Shown: positions 49,871 through 60,460, counted from the stretch's first letter. The stretch: 64,000 bases of DNA from an uncultured Acidobacteriota bacterium (GCA_963822445.1 CAWGHO010000003.1:1696001-1760000), one strand, 5' to 3'. Notes: generated by a model not told the origin, from the sequence alone. Numbers and translations: made by a program.

Positions 49871-51537
49871 TCGTTTCTCCCGAGCCACTCGCGACGGAGG
49901 GCGCTGTCCTGCTCTACGCGCAAGCGGATCTGCGGCCGCGGATCAGGGCGCGCCGCAACGGTGAGCCGTTTTGTGCTGCCTGCCCGCGCGATGACCAGCT
50001 CCGCCGTCTCGCCCATTCCATCCAGCGCCGAATCGAGCGCTTCCATCGAGCTCGTCCGAACGCCGTCCAGCGACACCAGCTCATCGCCCGGCAGCAGGCC
50101 GGCGTCCATCCCCGCCCCACCTCGAATCGCGCTGTCGACGATGAGCAACCCGTTCTGCATTTTCAGTTTGACGGCGAGCGAGGCGTGATCTCCCCGCGCC
50201 GCCGACGCGAATGCAACACCGGCCGCATCGAACAATTCCGTGTACGGGAGCGGCTCGACGCCAGCGACGTAGCGGGCGAAGAAGTCTCCGACGTCGGCGA
50301 CGCGCGCGACCAGCCGCTCGAACCCGTCCTCTTCGAGACCGCGGCCGGTGACGCCGTAGTCCTCCCACATCAGCCGCACCACGTCGTCCAGCGATTTCGC
50401 GCCCTCGGTCGCGCGTCGAATGGTGAGATCGAGCAGCGCCGACACGACCTCACCCTTGTTGTAGAAGGAGTACGTCGCGTTCGCGTGATCGTGCATCTGC
50501 ACGGGACTGGCCAGCCAGCCGTCGAAGCTCGCCTGCGAGAGCGGCAGATGCAAGCGCGCAGGCATGGCTTCGAGCGTCTCGATCTCTTTCTGCAGATGCT
50601 GCAGATACCGCCCGACCGGCCACAGCCCGCTGCGCACCAGGGTCAGCTCGCCGTAGTACGAAGTCAGCCCTTCCATCACCCACAGCAATCGCGTCGGCGT
50701 CTCGGTCCAGTAGTCGTACGGCCGGAAGCGGGCCGGCACGATCCGCTTGACGTTCCAGGCGTGGAAGAGCTCGTGCGAGGTGATGGAGAGCGTGTGGTCG
50801 TAGCCTTCGTCGCCCGGACCGGCGCCGAGGAGATCCGCGCGTTTGAGGATGATCGACGAGGAGCTCTCGTGCTCCACGCCATGCCATTTGTCGGCGACGT
50901 GGTAGAGGAATCGGTACTCGCTGAACGGAAACGCGCCGAACAACTCCCGCTGACTTCGGGCAATGGCGCGAATGGGCTCGATGAACTGTTCCGTGTCGAT
51001 CCCATGATCGCCGCGGAAGAGCAGATGAAACGTCGCCCCACTTTCCTCGAAGGTGTGCCGCGTTATCCGCTCCGCGGCGATGAGCGGCGAGTCGATGAGA
51101 TGGTCGTAGTCGCGGGCGACAAAGTCCGGCGCGATCTGCGACTCGATCGCCCACGACGGCGGAGCGTCGACGGTCAGCCGATGCTCTTCGCCGCGAAGCC
51201 CCTCGACGAGCATGAACAGATTCGAGCCGTTGACATACAGCTCGTCGTCATCGAGAAAGCTCGACCCGGCATCGAGCACGCCCGCGTAGTAGCGATAGCG
51301 GACTTCGACGTCCGCCCCCGCCCGCGCCTCGACGCGCCACGCGGTCTTCCCCTCTTTCCAGATGCGATGCGAGCTCGCCCACTCGCGAACATTGGCGGCG
51401 TAGTTCTGGATGAGATAGCGCCCCGGCCGCCACGCCGGCAGCAACAGCAATGGGTTGTCAGCAGGTGCTGTGAACTGGATGTTGACGTCGATCAAGCGAT
51501 CGTGCGGATTGGTCCAGCCGATTCGGTAGTGAGGCAT
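49867..51537 (-). CDS. M61 glycyl aminopeptidase with PDZ domain
   Basis: PAWRPGRY, GVEH, HELFHAWNVKR, LWVMEG-TSYY and YNKG; C-terminal AGL-PGD. Confidence 0.93.
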   Translation of the reverse strand: MPHYRIGWTNPHDRLIDVNIQFTAPADNPLLLLPAWRPGRYLIQNYAANVREWASSHRIWKEGKTAWRVEARAGADVEVRYRYYAGVLDAGSSFLDDDELYVNGSNLFMLVEGLRGEEHRLTVDAPPSWAIESQIAPDFVARDYDHLIDSPLIAAERITRHTFEESGATFHLLFRGDHGIDTEQFIEPIRAIARSQRELFGAFPFSEYRFLYHVADKWHGVEHESSSSIILKRADLLGAGPGDEGYDHTLSITSHELFHAWNVKRIVPARFRPYDYWTETPTRLLWVMEGLTSYYGELTLVRSGLWPVGRYLQHLQKEIETLEAMPARLHLPLSQASFDGWLASPVQMHDHANATYSFYNKGEVVSALLDLTIRRATEGAKSLDDVVRLMWEDYGVTGRGLEEDGFERLVARVADVGDFFARYVAGVEPLPYTELFDAAGVAFASAARGDHASLAVKLKMQNGLLIVDSAIRGGAGMDAGLLPGDELVSLDGVRTSSMEALDSALDGMGETAELVIARAGSTKRLTVAARPDPRPQIRLRVEQDSALRREWLGRNE

Positions 51538-51574
51538 TCGGAGGGCTGCATGATACGCAGGCGAGCGTTAGAGA

Positions 51575-54500
51575 CTACCGGCGCGCCTTCTGAGTCGCGT
51601 AGACGTCCAGGATGCCGAAGTACGCCTCCCATTGCCGGTCGTCATTCTCGATGCCGTCGGCAATGAGTCGAGCCTCGCGAAAGCGGCCAAGACTTGCCTC
51701 GGCCGGGGCACGGACGGCGTCGACCTCGTCGCGTTCGTGTTCGTTCAGCAATTCTGCGGTGCGGCTCACGGCGTCGCCGAGGGCTCTCTCTGCCTCCGCC
51801 CGTCTGCCGGCACGGGCGAAGGCTGAGCCGAGCCGCGCGAACATCAGCGGCCGCCCCCCGCTCTCTGGATCGTTGGACCTGAGCAGCTCAGCCACTCGGG
51901 CAGCGTCGTCAAGGCGGCCTGTCGCGATGAGGTGTTGGATGAACAGTTCCCGGATATCACGACGGGCCGACGGGCGTTTCGCCTCCGCCACCAATTGCTC
52001 CACCTCACTGTCGCGCTTGTGACGGACAAGCTCGCCGACGACGTAGTCGAGCAAGTCGCGGTCTGCAGAGTAATCGGCATTCCGAACGAGGGTCCTCGTC
52101 CGGCTCAGATCAGAATTCCGCGTGAAGTCGATCCTGGCAATCATCGCCAGCGGGATGTCGATGAAGTTCTTGGGCAGGGCGGTGGCGATCTCCTGCGCCT
52201 TATCCAGATCACCGGCCGTCGCGTAGGCTTTCGCTCGCATGAATTCGTACCAATTGCGCGAGTGCTCATCTGCGCCTGCGAATTTTGGAAACCTGTCGGC
52301 CACGCCGGTTTCGCCCGGTAAAAGCTCTCCGACAGCATCAGTGAGCACACCGATGTTTTCGCCGTCTGCTGGCAACTCCAGAACCGGCTTGAGAGCTTGC
52401 CGCGCACGATCTGGTCTGCCAACCTGTTTCCAGGCATCGGCCACCTGTTTGCGGTAGAAGCCGCCGGTATAGCCAACGAACGCTCCGCTTGCGAATTGAG
52501 CGTCGGAGTGAGACAAGAGCGCATCGGCGGTCTCTAATAGGCCAATGGACGTCTTCTTGTCACCGGCGAGCGCCGCCGCCTTCGCGATCTGAGCGAGGAA
52601 GGCTGCCTGCCACGGAGTCGCGTGACTCGCCCGGTTCGCTTCCGCGAGCGCGTCTTTCAGGACCAGGGCACTGCGGTCCGGCGCTATCCCACGCATCGCC
52701 ACCGCCAGTCTCGCCAACTGCTTCGCTCGCTCGCCGGCCTCGGCTTGCGCTGCGATTCCGCGGCGAATCTCCTCATAACGTTCGAGGCGGAGCAGCGTGG
52801 TCAGCCAGGCGACGTTCGTGTCGTACGATTGGCGGGATCGCGACTCGCTCTTGATCTGTACCTCGGGCCCTCTGGCGAGGATCGTTCGCACGTCATACCC
52901 GGCCGTCCGCGTGTACCAGATCCATCCCGCGAGAAGAACGATGAGCATCGCTGCAGCCGCGGCGAGGGTTTTCCGCATTCGCCGCGATCGTACGGCAACC
53001 GTGAGGCTCTTCTCGACGTACTCCCGTTCCGCCGCATTGAGCTCGCTGCCACGGTCCCTCAGCCACCTCGATGCTTTGGTGAGCAATGTGCCCTGGGGTA
53101 TGCCCTCTGGCGACGCCGCGCGATACAGCGCGAGATCCTGGCGCCACAGCAGGAACTCACGGTCGTCATTGAGCCATTCGCGGAGCCGTTGCCATCGCCG
53201 GATCAACGCTTCGTGGGCCACCTCGACACCATCTTCGCCGGACGACGCGTCCTTGCCCGAGACCACGAGCCGCGCGCGTTCGCCGGCGAATGCCTGAACG
53301 AGTTTCCAGCCGTCGTCGCCGATCTCGTCACGGCGCGCGCGGCGGCGCGTGTCGGCGCCCTCTTCATCCGCGGCCGAGACTCGAACGAGGCGCATCAGAA
53401 ATCTGCGCGCCGCCTCTTTCTGCGTGTCCGAAAGCTCGCCGTAAATGGTCTCGGCCCGCCGCGTCAGTGCACCAGCAACGCCTCCGATCTCCTGATAGGC
53501 AGCGAAGGTCATCCGTCCTTCCGATCGCAGGTCCCACAGTTCGCTGAGGGCATACTCGAGCAGCGGCAGGTTTCCAGGCTCGTCGCCGACGTCGTCGAGA
53601 ATCTGATCAACCAGACCGGCCTCGAACGTCAGCCTGACCGTGCTCGCCGGACGAACGATGACATCGCGCAGTTCATCCCGACGCATCGGTCCAAGGGTCA
53701 CCTGCGCGCCGGGAAGTGCATCGCTCAGATCGCGGTCGAGCGCAATGGCCTTGCCGTAGTAGTCGCTGCGAAGAGTCGCCAGGATGCAAAGCGGGGCATT
53801 CCGCGAAGCCTCGAGCAACGCGCGCACGAAGTCGCGTGCAGCGCTGTCTTCGGTCAGCGTAAAAAGCTCCTCGAACTGATCGACCACGATGAGCAGTCGA
53901 TCGGTGCCGCGGGATTTCCGGAGAATGCGCTCGATCGTGGTCGCAATGCCTCCCTGGACCGACAAAGCTTCGGCAAGCTTTCCCGAGGCGCGAATCCCGT
54001 CGATCTCTGACAGCGCCGGTTCGAGCAGCGGCACGAAAACGCTGGCCAGAGAACGCCACGGGTCCTTTCGCGGCTGCATCACCACCGCGTCCCAGACGAG
54101 ACGCGGCGGGCGGCGCGACCGAAGCTGCGGTAAGACTCCGGCACTGACCACGGAGGATTTCCCGCTGCCCGAGGGTCCGGTGACGGTGACGAATCGCGGC
54201 CGATCCTCCCACCGGCTCGCCTCATCGATCCTGCTGACCACTGCATCGATCGCCTGTTCGCGTCCGAAGAACAGCGAGGCATCCTCTTCGCGGAATGCGT
54301 CGAGCCGTCGATAGGGGCTGATGTCGGTAGGCGGCGGTGAGGCATCCTCGGACATCTCGATCGCCTGGACGAGCCGATCGATCGAGTGATCGTCGATCCC
54401 GTTGCGTAGGTCGACCCATGTGTTCAGCGCGATGAACCCCGCCGGCAGCTGGGCGCCCTCGAGAATGACTGGAATCACCGCGAGCCTGCCCTTCGACTCC

Positions 54501-54760
54501 TCCTGAAGAACGAGGGAGTATTGGATCTCGCGCTGTTGCCACCGGCCGTATCCGAATCTACCGATGAAAACCGCCACGGCGCGCGAGCTCTGCAACGCGC
54601 GCTCGAGCTCCGCCGGCCAGGCCTTCCCCACTTTCAGGTCGTCCTGATCGATGAATGAGCGCACACCGCGCGCGATGAGGCGCTTACGGATCCTGCGAAC
54701 GGCTTGTTCATCCGCGTGGTTGTAGCTGAGGAAGAGGTCGAAACGCGCTTCCGAGGTCAT
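51575..54760 (-). CDS. TIR, STAND NTPase (nSTAND1-like), TM, TPR-like repeats
   Basis: FDLFLSYN and WQQRE; GPSGSGKS; LLIVVDQFEELF; LPLLE; EVAHEAL; TM LAAAAAMLIVLLAGWIWY. Confidence 0.88.
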   Translation of the reverse strand: MTSEARFDLFLSYNHADEQAVRRIRKRLIARGVRSFIDQDDLKVGKAWPAELERALQSSRAVAVFIGRFGYGRWQQREIQYSLVLQEESKGRLAVIPVILEGAQLPAGFIALNTWVDLRNGIDDHSIDRLVQAIEMSEDASPPPTDISPYRRLDAFREEDASLFFGREQAIDAVVSRIDEASRWEDRPRFVTVTGPSGSGKSSVVSAGVLPQLRSRRPPRLVWDAVVMQPRKDPWRSLASVFVPLLEPALSEIDGIRASGKLAEALSVQGGIATTIERILRKSRGTDRLLIVVDQFEELFTLTEDSAARDFVRALLEASRNAPLCILATLRSDYYGKAIALDRDLSDALPGAQVTLGPMRRDELRDVIVRPASTVRLTFEAGLVDQILDDVGDEPGNLPLLEYALSELWDLRSEGRMTFAAYQEIGGVAGALTRRAETIYGELSDTQKEAARRFLMRLVRVSAADEEGADTRRRARRDEIGDDGWKLVQAFAGERARLVVSGKDASSGEDGVEVAHEALIRRWQRLREWLNDDREFLLWRQDLALYRAASPEGIPQGTLLTKASRWLRDRGSELNAAEREYVEKSLTVAVRSRRMRKTLAAAAAMLIVLLAGWIWYTRTAGYDVRTILARGPEVQIKSESRSRQSYDTNVAWLTTLLRLERYEEIRRGIAAQAEAGERAKQLARLAVAMRGIAPDRSALVLKDALAEANRASHATPWQAAFLAQIAKAAALAGDKKTSIGLLETADALLSHSDAQFASGAFVGYTGGFYRKQVADAWKQVGRPDRARQALKPVLELPADGENIGVLTDAVGELLPGETGVADRFPKFAGADEHSRNWYEFMRAKAYATAGDLDKAQEIATALPKNFIDIPLAMIARIDFTRNSDLSRTRTLVRNADYSADRDLLDYVVGELVRHKRDSEVEQLVAEAKRPSARRDIRELFIQHLIATGRLDDAARVAELLRSNDPESGGRPLMFARLGSAFARAGRRAEAERALGDAVSRTAELLNEHERDEVDAVRAPAEASLGRFREARLIADGIENDDRQWEAYFGILDVYATQKARR

Positions 54761-55203
54761 GAATGAGTGCGGCCATGGTACAGAGTTTTAGGCGCGCTTT
54801 CCGCACTTCAGTAATTGCCGCCGTCGTCCGCAGCAAGTTGTCGCCGCGAACCCATTCGCAGAACGCGCGACTCCGACGCTCAGAGCCGGGCACTCGATTT
54901 CTCATCGCGTTCGATGGCGCGGCCGTCGTCCGGCTCCGGCACCCGGCGCCGCGCATCCAGATTTCTCTCGACCGAGCGTCGTATCCCAGTGGCGCAGCCT
55001 GGGATTCGGAGGGAGAGATGAACGAGGAGACCCAGCTCGTGCCGGCGCAGGGCGTCCTCGGCGAGCACCTCGAAAGACTTGCCGCTCACGTCAAGTACAC
55101 CGCCGAGGCGCGATGGGCGGAAGTCTCTGCTGAGGCGATGCACGCAACGCGGCAACGGCAAAGCGAAAGGACGAGCCGAAGCCGGAGTGAGGGCGCAAAC
55201 TCG

Positions 55204-55881
55204 CTATGCGTCCGCCGGCGGCGGCTCATCGGCAACCACCGGCCGCGGCGCAGCTCTCGGTTTCCTGCGCGTGGTAGCGGGGAGGGCTTCCTTCAGAACC
55301 AGCAATCCGATGAGGAGGCCGAGGGAGAACATGACCGCCATGTACAAGACGGAGAGGAGGATGTTGCGGTCGCTGATCTGGCCCGGCGGATAACAGGCCG
55401 ACACGTCGTCGGGATTGACGCTGATCGCGCGACCGATGCAGCTCTGCATGGGAAGGTTCGCTTCCAGGCATGCACAGGTCTTCACCATCTCCTTGCCGAC
55501 GACATACGCGATCTTTGAATGCGCGCCCGGCACTTCGACGCGGACGACGGACTTCTGATAGGCGGCGAACAGGACGAAGACCAGGACCACGAGGAGCATG
55601 AACGTCGCGGCGAACGCGCGCTTCAGCCAATGAGCGTGCGTCGCATCGCCGCCGAAGAACTGCACGCCGACGGCGGTGATGCTGATCAGGAGCGAGGCCC
55701 ATGGAATCACGACGCCCTGGAGATCGCGAGGGAAGACGTCGAGGATGGCGGTGAATCCGAGCTTGCCACCCCAGAGCGGCAATAATCCGACACTCAGGGT
55801 CACCACGAACGAGAGCAGGTAGCGGAGATACTTGCTGCCGAGCGGAGTCAGTGGCGCGAGCCTGCCCTGGTTCGTCGTCAC
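55204..55881 (-). CDS. Membrane protein (about 4 TM) with a Cys-containing loop
   Basis: GTGA overlap with the upstream lipoprotein; hydrophobic helices; CAC...C...C loop. Confidence 0.65.
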   Translation of the reverse strand: MTTNQGRLAPLTPLGSKYLRYLLSFVVTLSVGLLPLWGGKLGFTAILDVFPRDLQGVVIPWASLLISITAVGVQFFGGDATHAHWLKRAFAATFMLLVVLVFVLFAAYQKSVVRVEVPGAHSKIAYVVGKEMVKTCACLEANLPMQSCIGRAISVNPDDVSACYPPGQISDRNILLSVLYMAVMFSLGLLIGLLVLKEALPATTRRKPRAAPRPVVADEPPPADA

Positions 55882-56822
55882 TTCAACCCGCAGAACGTGT
55901 CTCTGGTGGTGTCGCCGGCGGAGACGAGCGTGCAGCCCACCCGCGTGCGGTCGTCGTTCATGAGGTCGAGACTGAACGTCGAAGCGTGATAGCCCCGTCT
56001 CTTCACGCTGGCCGTGTAACGGCCTCTCCAGACTGATTTGATCTTGTTGTTCGTCGTGGTTTCTCGTTTCGAGAGCGTGTTCGTCCCGATCTGCATCGCG
56101 AAGCTCGCCTCGTTCGGGGCCGAATCGACTGTGATGGTGGGATTCAGCACGTCGTGGGCGAGGTACCGGTCGATGGCGGCCACCACGCGTCGCAGCAGGG
56201 CGTCGACCGGTCCGCTGTCCACTTCCGCGGCCGAGGACGCGGTTCTCGTGTCGTTGCGAACGAGGTGGATGGCGTTTCGATGGTTGCGGGCGATGGTCTG
56301 ACTGACCTCCGCGATCTCGGCGTCGAGGCTCAACTGCGAAGCGAGCGCCTCGCGGGGAAACACCGCCGCGACCTCCCGGCGGATCCGGGTGACCAGTGCC
56401 CGCACCTGGGCGACGGAGTAGCACTGCATGGCGTACCCGCATTGGATCGGACGAAGCTCGGCGGCATACCGGGGAATGTCGTTACGAACGCGGGTGAGCT
56501 TCTCGCGCACCCTGGCTGCGGCTCGCGAGTCGCCATGGATGATGCGAGGAGCCGCGGGAACGAACCGCGGAGTGGGCGGGCGATCGCCGTGTATCGTGCC
56601 TGCCACCGGTTTCGGCGTCGGGAACGGATGCTTTCCCACGGGCGGCTTCGGATCCGTTACGGTCAGCCCGGGCGTGTCGACGTTCGGTCTCGGCGCCTTC
56701 ACTTCGGGCTTCGCCTTCGGCTTGGTCACCCGCGGTTTCACCTCGGATCGCGAGGTCCGGCCGAGTCCGATCGTGCATCCCGCTGACACCAAGACCACGA
56801 CGACCCACATCAGTCGATGCAT
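55878..56822 (-). CDS. Pro-rich lipoprotein with a C-terminal PEGA-like beta domain
   Basis: Lipobox SAGC; VDSAP-EA...GRY-V-R-GY; GAGG site. Confidence 0.65.
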   Translation of the reverse strand: MHRLMWVVVVLVSAGCTIGLGRTSRSEVKPRVTKPKAKPEVKAPRPNVDTPGLTVTDPKPPVGKHPFPTPKPVAGTIHGDRPPTPRFVPAAPRIIHGDSRAAARVREKLTRVRNDIPRYAAELRPIQCGYAMQCYSVAQVRALVTRIRREVAAVFPREALASQLSLDAEIAEVSQTIARNHRNAIHLVRNDTRTASSAAEVDSGPVDALLRRVVAAIDRYLAHDVLNPTITVDSAPNEASFAMQIGTNTLSKRETTTNNKIKSVWRGRYTASVKRRGYHASTFSLDLMNDDRTRVGCTLVSAGDTTRDTFCGLK

Positions 56823-56993
56823 GGACCTCTCCTTTTGGGGTTACATAGAAGGAGGGTCCGCTCGCGCCCGAATCCCTACCCACAGCTATGGAGTGTGCGC
56901 GGCGGCGCGGTTAGGCGTGAAACGATCGCGACTGGTTCCTCACTATTGCTCGGAGGGTACACACCACACCGAAACGAGAAATGAGGGAATCAT

Positions 56994-57734
56994 ATGTCTT
57001 CTCATGTCGTAACACGTAACTGCTTCGCCTTTTCTGCAGTCATCTTCATGTTCTTAGGAGTCGGCGCCGAGGCCAGGTACATATGCACGCCGGCGATCAG
57101 CCAGTATGAGTTCAGTCCCTTGGGTGGATGTAATCTGGACAAGAACGGTGACCAGCTGCTCGAGCATCATGACGTGTGCACCTGCCGTTCCTGGAGCAGG
57201 AGCTGCACCGACGATGTGAGCGGTCGATCGTATGGCTCCGCCTGGATTACTTGCTCCGCTACAACAGCACCGCCCCCACCTACTCCGCCTTACACTGGTC
57301 TGGAACACTGGCTGCAGCAGTCATTGGCTGCTTCGATCAAAGCGCCCGATGATCCGACCCGCGCAAACTCTGCGGCGACAAGAAAAAGAATAGCGCGCTG
57401 CCGGGGCGGTTTCGCCGACATCATTGATTCCACCGGCACCCCTATCGAGCCGCTGGGCGCATGTGCCGGCGGTGACTGGAGCGCCGAACTTCCAGCAAAC
57501 TCGTTCGAGATCATCGTCGACGGCTTACACTATCCAGCCGTCGCGGACTGCGAGGCCGCCAAGGCGAGCTTCATCAGCAGCTTTCGAACGAATGCTGCGC
57601 TGCGAGCGGGATGTAAAGCGAGGGTCATGCGTGCGGTACCTGTCGGACTATTGAGAGTAGAGTGTTCGGCCGGCACAAAAGTGAATGGGTTTCCTGGTGG
57701 TTCCGTCATCAGGGTCATTGTGGAGTGCCAGTAA
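56994..57734 (+). CDS. Cys-rich secreted hypothetical protein with atypical codon usage
   Basis: Signal-like N-terminus; many Cys; Pro linker; many A/T-ending codons. Confidence 0.6.
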   Translation: MSSHVVTRNCFAFSAVIFMFLGVGAEARYICTPAISQYEFSPLGGCNLDKNGDQLLEHHDVCTCRSWSRSCTDDVSGRSYGSAWITCSATTAPPPPTPPYTGLEHWLQQSLAASIKAPDDPTRANSAATRKRIARCRGGFADIIDSTGTPIEPLGACAGGDWSAELPANSFEIIVDGLHYPAVADCEAAKASFISSFRTNAALRAGCKARVMRAVPVGLLRVECSAGTKVNGFPGGSVIRVIVECQ

Positions 57735-57786
57735 CCAACGTCAGGGTAATTTCACCTCTCCGTCGCGGCAGGCGGAGAGCGGCGCG

Positions 57787-58732
57787 CTACTGTCCGATCA
57801 CTCCGATTGCTTTCAACCACGCTTCGGCGAGCGGGGCCCACGCCGTTGCGGTCGAGGCGATGCGGCGCAATCCGAACGCATGGCCGCCGTTCGCGAAGAT
57901 GTGGATCTCCGTGGGGACTCCGGCTTTGCGCAGCGCCGCGGCGTAGGCGAGCGAGTTCTCCACCGGGTTCATGGGATCGTCGTACGCGTGAACGAGGAAC
58001 GTAGGCGACGTACGGTCAGTCACTTGAACGTCGGGATTTGGTGTGAAGTTCGTACGTTTGGCCACGCGTCCCGGATAGAGCACGAGTGCGAAGTCCGGCC
58101 GCGAGTTCGTCTCGTCCGCGTCATCGACGGCCGGATAGAGGCGGTCGAAGCGCGTGCTGGCCATGATCGCCATGTGCGCGCCGGCTGAGAAACCGATGAC
58201 GCCGATTTTGTTCGGGTCGATGCGCCACTCGGCCGCGCGCGCGCACGATGCTCATCGCTCGCTGGGCGTCCACGTGCGCCGATGCGCACTCGCGGTACGG
58301 GCCTTGATGCTCGCAGGGAACGCGGTACTTCAGTAATGCGCACGCGATTCCGTTCGAAATCAGCCAGTCACAGATTTCGGTCCCCTCGATGTCGATGGCG
58401 AGGACGTTGAATCCGCCGCCCGGATACACGATGACCGCCGGTGTCGCGGCGGTTTTCTTTGGCGGCGGATAGATTGTGACCGTCGGTTGGGTGACGTTTT
58501 CGATGTACATGTACGGCTTGCCGCCGACCAACTTCTTCTGGTTGGTCTCGCGATTCAGGGCGTAGTGAAGAGCCTCGATGCCGACGCCGGGGCGTGGATC
58601 GGGTGGCCCGTCAGGCCAGAGAACGATCTGCTTGTGGCCGCCAGCCGGCTGCCAGGCCGTTTGCGCATCAGCGTTCTGTGTGGCAGCAACGATCAGGCTC
58701 AGCCCGAGCGCGACCCGTAAGGCCGTCTTCAT
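57787..58732 (-). pseudogene. Secreted alpha/beta esterase, frameshifted in a CG run
   Basis: PGGGF and LKYRVP in one frame; GFSAGAH, DDP-NP and GGHAFG continue in another; junction at 58234-58244. Confidence 0.8.
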
Positions 58733-59122
58733 TTGTCCTCGCTTTTCCGAGGACGACGTATGCGCGCTTCGTACCCAGTGTGGTCAACACGCGGTTCGCG
58801 TCCGCGGCGTTTCCGTGTGGGTTCAGTTGTCGGCCCATCCGCTGGCACTGCCGACGTTGCGCGTCGAGGCGGCAATCAGGACGAGTGGGCATCACTCGCC
58901 TGGTGATGTCCATTCGTGCTTTTCCTCGTTAACCATCGGGCCGCCGCCTCGGTAACAAGATGCGAACGCGTGCGTTGTTAGGCGGATCACTCGACGCTTC
59001 AGGGGCTTCAGCCTCGGGCCAGCGAACGGGCCGCCGTCAGTTTCTAGCCGCGGTTAGGCGGCGACGCTTCGCACGGTCTTTGACCGATGGTCCCGCGACT
59101 CCGATTCTGGATCTTCATACCC

Positions 59123-59770
59123 CTATCGGTCGAGCAGGCTACGTCCTGTGCGAACAAGCCTGATGTATGAACGAATGAACACCGCCGCCGGCAACGCGCT
59201 TACGAGGACGAGCACGGCTGAACGGACGAATCCTTGGTTCCGCCCCCAAGCTGCGCCTAGAAACAGAGCGATGAGGACCAAAACACCACCCAAGTACGCC
59301 AAGTAGAGCGGCCACGAGTCCGCGCGCTCATAGCCAGAAAAGTACGCCGGCGCTTTGTGTTCTTGTTCGATGTTTCGGCCGCTTTGGACTATACGATAGA
59401 AACGTACGACATACGTCACTTCCATCGCGTAAAGGATGTTTATGAGAAGCGCTGCCACATAGGTAACGAGACCACGAGCAGGCACGCCAGCGAATTCGAT
59501 GTCGCTTGAGTGGCCTTTTGGAAGGAAACCGAATCCAAGTGCCACGGCAACCACGATAAGTGTCGTGATCGCTATACGTGCCTGAAACATCAGCGACGAG
59601 TAGTGGCGAGCGAGCTCGAAATGTGATTCGTATGCAATGCGCACGAGCTCCCAGGCTACTCCGGCTGCATTTGAGCCTTCGACACTGACAGCCGGCGATT
59701 CTGGCAAGAACTCGGAATTCCGTGCGTTTGGATGGCCGGGTCGAGCGCGCCTACCGCTTCGTTTTGTCAC
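59123..59770 (-). CDS. Membrane protein (about 4 TM), cassette-like, atypical codon usage
   Basis: Four hydrophobic segments; lies between GTTAG cores; start uncertain. Confidence 0.6.
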   Translation of the reverse strand: MTKRSGRRARPGHPNARNSEFLPESPAVSVEGSNAAGVAWELVRIAYESHFELARHYSSLMFQARIAITTLIVVAVALGFGFLPKGHSSDIEFAGVPARGLVTYVAALLINILYAMEVTYVVRFYRIVQSGRNIEQEHKAPAYFSGYERADSWPLYLAYLGGVLVLIALFLGAAWGRNQGFVRSAVLVLVSALPAAVFIRSYIRLVRTGRSLLDR

Positions 59771-60059
59771 ACCGCTCCATTTGGCTAGATTAGCAGCGTC
59801 GCCGCCGCACGGTGACCATTGTCGCGATGCTTCCCTCTTAACGCAACTTCCGCGATACGAAACGACACGTCGTTAGCGCGGCTTGCTCGTGGGGAACATT
59901 CGGCCGCCATCTCACGACCAGGACGATCGAAGAATCTGACCCTTGCACCGTTCTCTTCGTCCGCCCAACTCTTATCTAAGTGCACCCCGTAAACAGAGAG
60001 TTGGGTTCAACCCACGAGTTCATTACCGCGTCCACCAGCATGGTCTGCGGAAACACGCC

Positions 60060-60350
60060 TCCCTGCTCCTTGACCGCGATGTTGACTTCGCAATCTTCGA
60101 CTTCAGCGTGTTGCGCGCGGCTGAGCATCACCTCGGCGAGGATCGGCACATCCTCGATCCGTCCACGCAGCGGAGGCAGTTTCAGACGAGCGACGTTCAG
60201 CCGGTAGTAAAGGTCCGCGCGAAACCGGCCCGCGGCTACCTCCGCCGCGAGATCCCGATTCGTCGCGGCGATGAGACGGAAGTCGCGCGGATGTCGCGCG
60301 TCCTCCGGCCCGACGAAAGCGCTTGTCCTCGATCACGGCCAACGCCCTCA
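60060..60350 (-). pseudogene. Fragment of a sigma54 activator AAA+ domain
   Basis: IEDKRFRR, then frameshifted LIAATNRDL...[24 protein letters not shown]; no N-terminal part or HTH. Confidence 0.75.
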
Positions 60351-60460
60351 ACGAGAAACGCACGGAAACTATCCGCTCCTGTAACGCTGGATAGATGGAA
60401 GTATGTTGCTTTCTTGACGACCCGGACACGATCATGGCGCCGTGAAGTCGTTGTCAGCCC

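Noticed and set aside
54763-55518. 251-aa + strand ORF
   Set aside because: It overlaps a better minus-strand gene and has no recognisable motifs; a short ORF from 55018 has a ribosome site but no other support.
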